Part shown: positions 19,402 to 27,331 of the stretch, one piece after another
How positions within the stretch are numbered: position 1 is the first letter of the stretch
How the letters are laid out: each line of letters opens with the position of its first letter
Assembly: GCA_029548865.1 (NCBI GenBank)
Contig: JAKPMO010000002.1
Location: 245,169-309,168, forward strand
Length of the DNA stretch: 64,000 bases
Origin: Caldisericota bacterium
GTDB lineage: Bacteria > Caldisericota > Caldisericia > JAAYUI01
Reading direction: 5' to 3'
The notes under the pieces: model-generated
The model's input: the letters and a program-made list of their open reading frames with translations, nothing else
Told to the model about the DNA's origin: nothing
The model's database searches: none
Translations under genes and position numbers: made by a program

Positions 19402-20316
19402 CTATTTTCCTTCCTTGAAGAATTCGGCGATCTTTTCTGCCAGTTGAACGCCAGCCCTTGTTTGACCTTCTTCGGTGGCGGCTCCAATATGTGGAGTAAG
19501 GGCAACATTCGGCAGGGAAGCCAGCTTGTTTACTCCTTCCGGTGGCTCCTTCTCGAAGACATCGATACCGGCCGCGAAGAGTTTTCCTTCTTTTAGCGCA
19601 TTGTAGAGCGCCTCTTCGTTGACAGTACCGCCCCTTGCGCAATTTACGAGCACAAGGCCTTTCTTGCACTTGTCAAAGTCCTGCTTATCCAGAATGTTTT
19701 TTGTTTCAGGGGTAAGCGGAATATGGAGCGAGATGAAATCTGCTTTTGCAAGCAATTCATCTTTGCTTACCATGTGTATGCCCTGCATGCCTGGATCGGA
19801 AACGTATGGATCAAAAGCAATAACTTCCATTCCAAATGCCATTGCCCTCTTAGCTGTTTCCCTGCCGATTCTTCCAACACCAATGAGTCCCAGTGTTTTT
19901 CCGTAGAGCTCCACGCCTTCCATGACCTTCTTTTCCCACTTGCCCTCTTTCATGGTGGCTGTTCCGTAGCCGATCCAGCGGGAAGCGGCAAGCATGTGGC
20001 CAATTGCCAGCTCTGCAACACTGATTGATGTTGCTGCCGGGGTATTTACGACCTTGATCCCCTTTTCTTTTGCAGCATTGGAGTCAACATTGTCCAGACC
20101 AACACCGGCCCTTCCGATGATCCTCAGTTTTGAACCGGCCTTTATTACGTCAGCAGTGACCTTTGTGGCCGACCTGACGATGATGGCATCATAGTCCCCG
20201 ATTGAACTGACAAGCTCCTCGGGCGTCATTTTTTTGACAACGACCTCATGTCCTTCTTTTTGCAGAAGGTCCACTCCTGCTTTTGCTATTGGATCAGAAA
20301 TCAATATTTTGGCCAT
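19402..20316 (-). CDS. serA: D-3-phosphoglycerate dehydrogenase (short type, no ACT domain)
   Basis: VRSATKVT, RAGVGLDNVD, G.GRIG, NCARGG and TPHIGAAT.E.Q. Confidence 0.88.
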   Translation of the reverse strand: MAKILISDPIAKAGVDLLQKEGHEVVVKKMTPEELVSSIGDYDAIIVRSATKVTADVIKAGSKLRIIGRAGVGLDNVDSNAAKEKGIKVVNTPAATSISVAELAIGHMLAASRWIGYGTATMKEGKWEKKVMEGVELYGKTLGLIGVGRIGRETAKRAMAFGMEVIAFDPYVSDPGMQGIHMVSKDELLAKADFISLHIPLTPETKNILDKQDFDKCKKGLVLVNCARGGTVNEEALYNALKEGKLFAAGIDVFEKEPPEGVNKLASLPNVALTPHIGAATEEGQTRAGVQLAEKIAEFFKEGK

Positions 20317-20336
20317 AAAAACACCCCCTTTTGGAT

Positions 20337-21482
20337 TTATTCCTGTGCCATCTCCTTCATAAAGGCAGAGACGCCAGAACCGATTTCAAATTTGTGTCCA
20401 AGCTCTTTGAGTGTAAGCTCCAGGGCTGCGAGGCAGGCTAGCTCGGAGTACATGTCCATATATCCCATGTGACCAAGCCTGAAGATTTTGCCTGAGAAGT
20501 CGCCCTGACCACCGGCGATTGTTATGCCGTACTTGTCCCTTATGACTGAGGTTACCTTTTTGCCGTCAACGCCATCCGGGATCTTGACTGTTGTTACTGC
20601 ATCGCCCGGGCATTTTGCAAACAGCTCGAGGTTCATTGCTTTCATGGCAGTTCTGATGCCTTTGGCGAGCTTTGTTGATCTGGCCCAGACGTTTTCAAGC
20701 CCTTCGGCCTTCATCATCTCGAAAGCTTTGTCGGCTTGGTAAATGATCCCGATTGGTGGTGTCCACGGGGTTTCGTTGTCAACAAGTTTCTTCTGGAACA
20801 GCTTGAGGTCAAAATAGAACTTGTGCTGTTTGTTGTTTTCAACGAGCTTCCATGCTTTTTCGTTCATGCAGATGAAAGCCATTCCTGGTGGAAGCATCAT
20901 GCCTTTCTGGGAACCACCGACTACCACATCAACGTTCCACTCGTCCATCTTGAGTGGCACAACGCCGATGCCTGAAACGCCATCAACCACGAGTATTGCG
21001 TTGGTTTTGCTGACTATTTTTGCGAAACCTGCAGTGTCAGAGCATGCGCCGGTCGATGTTTCGGAGAGCTGGCAGAAAACAGCAACTGTATCCGGATTTT
21101 CTTTAATCACTGCTTCAAGCTCTGCTGGGGTTGCCATGTCGCCCCAGTCTTTTTTAATTTCGATAACATTTGCACCGTAGGCCTTATTGATCTTCACCCA
21201 TCTTCCACCAAAGTTTCCGGCATTGATTACAATGACTTTGTCTCCAGTGTTGACAAGGTTCTGGACGGCTGTTTCCATGGCGCCTGATCCCGATGAGGCC
21301 AGGAGATAGGAGTCATACTTGGTCCCAAGGAGCCATTTCATGTCGTCCGTCACCTTGCGGAACATCTTCTTGGCGACTGGATGCTTGTGGTGCGTTATTT
21401 CCCTTGCGCCCTCAAGCCTTACCTCTTCTGGAAGCGGGGTTGGACCCGGTGCGAGCAAAAATTTGTACAATGTTTTCATCAA
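20337..21482 (-). CDS. Class V PLP aminotransferase (probable phosphoserine aminotransferase, SGAT/AGT-like)
   Basis: PGPTP, SGSGAME, ETSTG, GSQKG.MLPPG and FRLGHMG; lies upstream of serA. Confidence 0.88.
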   Translation of the reverse strand: MMKTLYKFLLAPGPTPLPEEVRLEGAREITHHKHPVAKKMFRKVTDDMKWLLGTKYDSYLLASSGSGAMETAVQNLVNTGDKVIVINAGNFGGRWVKINKAYGANVIEIKKDWGDMATPAELEAVIKENPDTVAVFCQLSETSTGACSDTAGFAKIVSKTNAILVVDGVSGIGVVPLKMDEWNVDVVVGGSQKGMMLPPGMAFICMNEKAWKLVENNKQHKFYFDLKLFQKKLVDNETPWTPPIGIIYQADKAFEMMKAEGLENVWARSTKLAKGIRTAMKAMNLELFAKCPGDAVTTVKIPDGVDGKKVTSVIRDKYGITIAGGQGDFSGKIFRLGHMGYMDMYSELACLAALELTLKELGHKFEIGSGVSAFMKEMAQE

Positions 21483-21569
21483 AAAACTCCTTTCGGTTTA
21501 TTGTGGCCGGGGCGGTGTTCCGCCGCGGTTAACTGCATGGTTTTGCGTCAAAAGCTCTATGTTATTTTG

Positions 21570-21735
21570 TGTCCGGGTTTTTTTGATATGAGGATACTTA
21601 CGAGGCGATTCTTTTCTGTTTGAAGCGCTGTTCCCATGCCAATCGCGGTTGCATTTTGGGTCTGGTAAGATGCCCCTGCCCAAAGGGAAAGCGCTTGAGA
21701 GCGATATTATTTCAATCACTTCACTCCTTCCGGGC
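21570..21735 (-). ncRNA. Candidate 6S RNA-like structured RNA
   Basis: Promoter TTGAAA-16-TACAAT just upstream. Nested complementarity (GUGAUU/AAUCGC, AAGCGCU/AGCGCUU, UUCCC/GGGAA) around a central unpaired bubble; ~165 nt. Confidence 0.45.
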
Positions 21736-21916
21736 CTCCTATTGTAATAACCGATTTTTTGTTTTCAAGCGTTGCCCACCAAAGTGGGCCAAACTGATTA
21801 TAACAAGTATATTTTTATTGGAGAAACAATGACCAAATCAGGCACCAACAACTATGCCGCTATCCAATAATAGCAGATTTCGCCAATATAAAATGGACAA
21901 AATTATTTGAGTGCTT

Positions 21917-22291
21917 CTATGGTTTTGTAGGTGGTTGCAGCCAGTAAAAGGCACCAATCGTGTTGAAATACCCGAACAGATTGGTAATAAAAACATATAT
22001 TCCCACCCAGAATGCTATTTTCATCCAGAGAGGGAGCTTAAAGAAGGAAAGATTTTTTCTGGTTATTTCGAGATACACGCAGAGAACTATAACAACCATT
22101 CCGGCCAGTGTTACCCAAAAATTCCAGATTATTGAACGTGGATTCATGACAACAAGCAGATTTCCAAATATTGCCATCGCGGATGCTGCTATTACTGCCA
22201 ATATCGTGTATAAATCAAGTTTATTTGAAACTATGGTTATTTTCTCGGTGCTACCAGGCCCTTCGATAACTCTTCCGTCGTTTTCTTCCAT
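21917..22291 (-). CDS. Hypothetical 3-TM membrane protein
   Basis: AAGGAG RBS before MEEND, TTGACA-18-TACCAT promoter, hydrophobic helices. Confidence 0.7.
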   Translation of the reverse strand: MEENDGRVIEGPGSTEKITIVSNKLDLYTILAVIAASAMAIFGNLLVVMNPRSIIWNFWVTLAGMVVIVLCVYLEITRKNLSFFKLPLWMKIAFWVGIYVFITNLFGYFNTIGAFYWLQPPTKP

Positions 22292-22404
22292 TTTTTCAGC
22301 TCCTTCGTTGAGAATGGTACATAAATACACATGTTTTTGTCAATAGGTAAAAAATTATTAAGTAGAAGGTGAAACCATGCTAGGTAGCTAGTGTATCAGT
22401 ATAT

Positions 22405-22657
22405 GTGCCTGGCAAGTCATGTTTGTGAGTAGAAAGAAAAGAAGAGAATTAAAAAAGAAGAAATGCTTGCTAACAGGCCGCTAATATTGAGGGACTAGTA
22501 TCTAGCCACCAAAAAATTGAAAGGAGAAAGTATATGGACCAGTTTATGTTTGCTGAAATGCTGATAGAGAACATCGTTAATAACTACGGTTGCGAAGACG
22601 GACACGATTGCAACCAGAATGAGCTCTAGTTTACATGAACATGACTTGCCAAGGCAC
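22405..22657 (+). other. Inverted-repeat-closed element (putative structured RNA) enclosing small ORF(s)
   Basis: Arms GTGCCTGGCAAGTCATGTTTGTGAG (22405-22429) and TTTACATGAACATGACTTGCCAAGGCAC (22630-22657). Confidence 0.65.
22534..22629 (+). CDS. 31-aa micropeptide MDQFMFAEMLIENIVNNYGCEDGHDCNQNEL
   Basis: Strong SD AAAGGAG 7 nt before the ATG; below the ORF-track size cutoff. Confidence 0.6.
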   Translation: MDQFMFAEMLIENIVNNYGCEDGHDCNQNEL

Positions 22658-22684
22658 TGGAAAACTTTATAATCCCAACTGGTT

Positions 22685-22759
22685 GCGGGAATAGCTCAGT
22701 GGTAGAGCGTCGGCTTCCCAAGCCGGATGTCGCGGGTTCAAATCCCGTTTCCCGCTCCA
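22685..22759 (+). tRNA. tRNA-Gly(CCC)
   Basis: Cloverleaf, loop TTCCCAA, CCA encoded; TTGCCA-16-TATAAT upstream. Confidence 0.95.
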
Positions 22760-22787
22760 GTGCCACACCAACAAGGAAGAATGAGGC

Positions 22788-22810
22788 GAGGTCCGAAAGG
22801 GCCTTTTTTT
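22788..22810 (+). terminator. Terminator after tRNA-Gly
   Basis: GAGGTCC-gaaa-GGGCCTT followed by a T run. Confidence 0.65.
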
Positions 22811-22889
22811 ATTTTTGTCGTTACTTGTTTTTTTAGGCTAAACCCTGGTACTTGTCACAGGCCATCTTTTTGTTATAAATAACTTGCGC

Positions 22890-22964
22890 GGCGACGTAGC
22901 CAAGTGGTAAGGCGAAGGTCTGCAAAACCTTTATCCAGGGGTTCGATTCCCCTCGTCGCCTCCA
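22890..22964 (+). tRNA. tRNA-Cys(GCA)
   Basis: GGCGACG acceptor stem, loop CTGCAAA, TCCA end. Confidence 0.95.
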
Positions 22965-22976
22965 GTCAGAAAAAAA

Positions 22977-23864
22977 TTACCCAAGCCTTTCAACATCAAC
23001 CCCGTCTTTTTGGGCTTTTACATTTTCTTTGCTAGATAAAACCGTATACATGGCCACATCAACAATAATAATTCCAAGGATCCCAGCCTGTTGGCCTAGT
23101 GTTGCAATCATGGGAATATTTCTTGTTATTCTTGACAGTAACATGGCGCCAGAAACAATCGTTGCCATCACGAAAATAATAAGCCAGAAATTGCCCCTTG
23201 TCAGATGCATTGCATATTTAAATGAATCAATCAGCGATTCCGAAGATTCGCATCGGATGTAGGGAAGATAGGTCAATCTTATAAAAAGAACTGATAGTGC
23301 AATCACAGATGCCGAGACGGCAAAGGACCAACCCACATAGGATGGAGAATCATGGATGATTGTTGGTGTTGCCTCGAGAATTGTCATTATGAGGCCTATC
23401 AAACCTGCTATGGACAATACTATCAGATTTATTGAAAGCCCGCCGATATATCTTGCAATTGCTCTAAATTGTCTAAAAGCTGATGAGAGTTGCGCTCTTC
23501 CTCTTCGTGCAACTTCTAGCACAAAAAAGGCTGCAATGCCAGCAAGAACAGACAGGAGGAGTACATAAATTATAAATTCAGCCAGAGCGCCCAATCCCTT
23601 TATTGCGACTACGCTCTCCCCGATCCTTGATATTTCTGAGAGTCCTTTTTGTGTTATTTTTTCTATAATTTGTGACCACTCCTGGCTTGGTGCCCCCTGC
23701 ATTGACCAGCCATTGCCTGCAATAAGTGATGAAATCCTGGGCAAGAGTTGGTTTATCAAATAGGCGCATGCGGTCATGGAGAAGAGCAGGACGGTCAACT
23801 TTGTTAGCGACGTGCGTACTATTTGGTCTATTTTTCCGAAAATTTTTCCTATTTTTTCAAGCAT
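22977..23864 (-). CDS. Multi-pass membrane protein (DUF975/GPDPase-membrane-domain-like), paralogue 1
   Basis: RLTYLPYI....SLIDSFKYAMHLTRGNFW motif, about 6 TM helices. Confidence 0.65.
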   Translation of the reverse strand: MLEKIGKIFGKIDQIVRTSLTKLTVLLFSMTACAYLINQLLPRISSLIAGNGWSMQGAPSQEWSQIIEKITQKGLSEISRIGESVVAIKGLGALAEFIIYVLLLSVLAGIAAFFVLEVARRGRAQLSSAFRQFRAIARYIGGLSINLIVLSIAGLIGLIMTILEATPTIIHDSPSYVGWSFAVSASVIALSVLFIRLTYLPYIRCESSESLIDSFKYAMHLTRGNFWLIIFVMATIVSGAMLLSRITRNIPMIATLGQQAGILGIIIVDVAMYTVLSSKENVKAQKDGVDVERLG

Positions 23865-24660
23865 TCTCCATCTTCCTGTTTATTGCTTCGGTATAAATGG
23901 GAAGCAAAAGCGTTAACGTTACGACAGTTTCCAGTGCTATAAAAAATTCAGTCAGCCCAATAAGCCTGCCAGTGAGACCGGATATGGCGAAAAAGGCAAT
24001 GGAAACCAAAAAAGACAAGCCTGCTATCACCCAGAAAAACGGTGCCGATATTTCGTATGACGAGACGAGTGTTTCCATAACCGGTTTTTTTGTCAGCGCG
24101 AACCCGTATGGTGCAAGCTGGAGCCTGATGATGAAAAATACCATTACGAGAGCTGATATTGCAACGAAAAAAATTGCAGCAGGAGAAACAAATATTCCAA
24201 TAAGTATACCTATCATGAGAATGAAAAACATGAATACAAATTCCAAGAGAAACATTGTAATCATCCTTGGCAAGAGTGCGAAACCTTTTGAAAAGAAAAT
24301 CGACAGCCTTTCTTTAAGTGCCCCGCCATTTGTGGCCATATTTATGAATCCACCCATAAAGAAAGAAGAAAGGAGTATTGTTCCTACAAAATATATCGCA
24401 ATTGAAAAGCCGAGGATTCTGAGCTCCTGAGCGGATAGTGATCGGGCCAAAGTAGAACCTGATTCCATACTCTTTAAACCTGTCGTGATGATTGATGATA
24501 TTGAATCCCCCGGTGGTACAATCTGATCAGTTATGGCTATTATTGGTATACTCAGGATTATCAGCAATATTGTGTAAACAATTGCTGCTATGGCAAAATC
24601 GGCCAGGTGTTCTTTTATGGTTTTTGCGAAGGTTACGAATGCGTTTTCCGATGTGGTCAT
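23857..24660 (-). CDS. Multi-pass membrane protein, paralogue 2
   Basis: RLQLAPY.....VMETLVSSYEISAPFFW motif; TATACT 7 nt before ATG 24660. Confidence 0.65.
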   Translation of the reverse strand: MTTSENAFVTFAKTIKEHLADFAIAAIVYTILLIILSIPIIAITDQIVPPGDSISSIITTGLKSMESGSTLARSLSAQELRILGFSIAIYFVGTILLSSFFMGGFINMATNGGALKERLSIFFSKGFALLPRMITMFLLEFVFMFFILMIGILIGIFVSPAAIFFVAISALVMVFFIIRLQLAPYGFALTKKPVMETLVSSYEISAPFFWVIAGLSFLVSIAFFAISGLTGRLIGLTEFFIALETVVTLTLLLPIYTEAINRKMENA

Positions 24661-24737
24661 GAAAGCAAGTATAGTAAAGACATACACACAGTCAACGCTT
24701 GACGCGGAGTCTTTTTATACAATAATTTAGAAAGCAC

Positions 24738-24820
24738 GCCGGAGTGGCGAAATGGTAGACGCACGGGACTTAAAATCCTGCGGTGGTGACACTGTGCCGG
24801 TTCAAGTCCGGCCTCCGGCA
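24738..24820 (+). tRNA. tRNA-Leu(TAA)
   Basis: GCCGGAG acceptor stem, loop CTTAAAA, long variable arm, no encoded CCA. Confidence 0.93.
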
Positions 24821-24848
24821 GTTTTTTATTTCATTGGTGGATAAAGAC

Positions 24849-25553
24849 ATGAAATCAAAACCATCTTTAGTTGTGTTGCATGGGCTTGGAGCGAGCTCCG
24901 AGTGGATGGGGATGTATAAAAAATCCTTTTCCGATAACTACAACGTAATTATCCCAGATATGCCCTATTCGCCTGATTCCGGCCCGCATTGCGGCAGGAG
25001 TATTACAGGTTATGTGGACTATGTGTACGAATTATTAAAAGACACTATCAGAGTAGAAGGGTCTATCCTAATTGGAGAATCTCTCGGTGGTGCTGTTGCG
25101 ATGATGCTTTGTCAAAAAATATCCTTTAAAAAACTGGTTCTCATTGCACCAAGCCTTGGAATTGAAAAGGGTTTTATATCAACATATTTGAGGATGTTGC
25201 TTGTTCCCGTTGACATTCTTGCAGAGCCTGTAGCAGAAAAGATTGCCAAATCTGATCCGGAGTTGGGGGTACTTTCCAAGAAGATCATGGTTTCAACACC
25301 CAAATACAAAATGTTAAATCCGCTTGTTGCCATGAAAAGATTTAGCGCTTTTGATTTGGGATCAGACTGTCTCCCAGAATTACTTGTTATCGGAGGAAAG
25401 TACGACAAGGTTGTCCCAGAAGATAAACTCAGGTTGTTTGCAAGCAAACATGGCGCCAATTTGTACATAAATAATGAATCAGGCCACCATGTTGCTGTGA
25501 ACAGGTGGCCTGATGTCGAGGCTAGGATAAAAGAATTTATTCCATATCTTTAG
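24849..25553 (+). CDS. Alpha/beta hydrolase
   Basis: LHGLG, GESLGG nucleophile elbow, D.VVP and SGH. The start of the longer ORF lies inside the tRNA. Confidence 0.85.
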   Translation: MKSKPSLVVLHGLGASSEWMGMYKKSFSDNYNVIIPDMPYSPDSGPHCGRSITGYVDYVYELLKDTIRVEGSILIGESLGGAVAMMLCQKISFKKLVLIAPSLGIEKGFISTYLRMLLVPVDILAEPVAEKIAKSDPELGVLSKKIMVSTPKYKMLNPLVAMKRFSAFDLGSDCLPELLVIGGKYDKVVPEDKLRLFASKHGANLYINNESGHHVAVNRWPDVEARIKEFIPYL

Positions 25554-26418
25554 TTTCGTAATCGTAGTCATGTTGCTTGATGTACACTTCAAGATACCTG
25601 AGGTCCCTGTCAAAGAATTGTGGTGAAATGATTGGCAGATTGCGCTCTTCTTCCCATTCCTGGAGTCCTCTTATCATTATGAATTCCTCAAATCCAAGAG
25701 ACATCAGGAAAAAGTATGGCCAGAGGCTCATGGAAGGGGTCACGGTAAAGTTTGTAAAATAGACAATCAGCACTGGGAAAATAGAAATGAACAGTATAAG
25801 GAGCCTTATTCCAAAGATTGCCCAGAACCTTCTGGATGTTGCCACCCATGAGCGCTTCAATGCCCCGAAAATGCCTTCTCCCGAGATGATCAACACCGGA
25901 GCGTATGAAAATTTGGTCAAAACCATGTATGCCAGTATCAGCATGACGAGGTATATCCAATTGATGGCAATTTGTGGAACAAAGATCGCTTCCATAAGGA
26001 TTTGCAATCCGTACATTGCGCCAAGGAAAAGTGAGAAAAGAAGGACAAGAAAACTTGTGTAAGAAAGCATCCTTTTTGTATAGAATACTATTCCATTGAT
26101 GAATGTTCTCTGTGCAATGTGCTTGGGGTCGACCGTTCCTATGAGAAACCTGTATGCGCCAGCAAGAGCTGGTGCCGCTATGAACATCCAGAAGACCAGA
26201 AACAGCGCTACTGTAATGATGTTTGGTACACTCGGCCAGTAGATAAAAGAAAGGATGCTTTTGGTAAGGCTTGGAGGGTTTTTGAAAGAGAGGGCCATTA
26301 TTATTTCAGACAGGAAGAGCGAGAAATAGATTGAGACTACGAATGCAGCTCCGACACCAAGAAGCCCTGCCACATGCCTTAGCATTTTCTGCCATGTTCT
26401 GGTCCAAAAATTGTTCAT
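25537..26418 (-). CDS. Multi-pass membrane protein, paralogue 3
   Basis: KFSYAPVLII.GEGIFGALKRSWVATSRRFW motif; AAAGGAG RBS before MNNFW. Confidence 0.65.
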   Translation of the reverse strand: MNNFWTRTWQKMLRHVAGLLGVGAAFVVSIYFSLFLSEIIMALSFKNPPSLTKSILSFIYWPSVPNIITVALFLVFWMFIAAPALAGAYRFLIGTVDPKHIAQRTFINGIVFYTKRMLSYTSFLVLLFSLFLGAMYGLQILMEAIFVPQIAINWIYLVMLILAYMVLTKFSYAPVLIISGEGIFGALKRSWVATSRRFWAIFGIRLLILFISIFPVLIVYFTNFTVTPSMSLWPYFFLMSLGFEEFIMIRGLQEWEEERNLPIISPQFFDRDLRYLEVYIKQHDYDYETKDME

Positions 26419-26431
26419 GATGCTCCTTTCA

Positions 26432-27310
26432 TTATGAGACGGCACTTTCTGTTTCTTGCCCCCCCGAAACCATCCTGAACGCGGAAGCTGTTGCAACAAT
26501 AGAGAACGTGAAGGCCGACCATGTCACTAAACTCAAAAAAACGAAAAATATTTTATCAAGGCCAAGTTGCAGTGGTAAGAATGAAATCAATACACCAATC
26601 AAGCTGCAAAAGGAGCCGAGTACCAATTGTACAGCGAAAAGTTCAAAGTACCATGGCCAGATTGACCTTGTTGATGCCAGGAGCGACTCCATAAAAGACT
26701 GGCCATTAAAATAATAAAAAGGTGCAAAAAGCAGTGGTGTTATAACTATACAAACTACAGTAAAGGCGACCATTTCAAACAAAAAAAATGTCCATGGCGA
26801 CCAACTCTCTGCTACCCATGGAAGAGCAATTGAAACAAACGCTGCCAAACCGTGAATTGCCAGAACAATTGGGAAAATCTGTGCCTGATAACCTACCATT
26901 CTGGCGCCTTTTTTGATTATCCCACCTTCAAATTTCTGGCTTGAATTACCGTGTGTGAATCCACCAAGGATTAAGTTTAAGATTCCACCCTGAAGGAAAC
27001 CTGTAGCAAGAACATTTATTACCACACCCAGGCCTATTGTCAGCCATTTTGTCATAGAATCCGGGATAACAAAAATCAATTTTGCAAGATAGCCTGAGGT
27101 TTCAAGAAATGTTGGTTTTGAAAATATTTCATGTGAAATTACAGGGAGATCATTATTGCCCGGGAATATGACGAAAAGTATGGTACACATGAGAGCAAGG
27201 ATAATAAATGGAACCAGCCTGTACATTGTTCCAAAGCCAGCCAGGGCTATATAATTCGCCTTTATTGCCAGAAAAGTGTTTTTCCAGAATTTCCTTTTCA
27301 CTGCCACCAT
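26432..27310 (-). CDS. Multi-pass membrane protein, paralogue 4
   Basis: PLLFAPFYYFNGQSFMESLLASTRSIWPWY motif. Confidence 0.65.
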   Translation of the reverse strand: MVAVKRKFWKNTFLAIKANYIALAGFGTMYRLVPFIILALMCTILFVIFPGNNDLPVISHEIFSKPTFLETSGYLAKLIFVIPDSMTKWLTIGLGVVINVLATGFLQGGILNLILGGFTHGNSSQKFEGGIIKKGARMVGYQAQIFPIVLAIHGLAAFVSIALPWVAESWSPWTFFLFEMVAFTVVCIVITPLLFAPFYYFNGQSFMESLLASTRSIWPWYFELFAVQLVLGSFCSLIGVLISFLPLQLGLDKIFFVFLSLVTWSAFTFSIVATASAFRMVSGGQETESAVS

Positions 27311-27331
27311 TATATCATTGCCATTCCCAAA

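Noticed and set aside
21498..21719. 73-aa ORF upstream of the aminotransferase
   Set aside because: No recognisable protein features and it overlaps the predicted RNA structure, though an SD-like AAGGAG precedes it, so it is not fully excluded.
21715..21745. SRP RNA-like AGGCCCGGAAGGAG on the minus strand
   Set aside because: Lacks the flanking CAG/GCAG internal-loop residues and the enclosing SRP stem.
22405..22657. Retron, MITE or tmRNA interpretation of the inverted-repeat element
   Set aside because: No reverse transcriptase nearby, no target-site duplication, and no tRNA-like ends.
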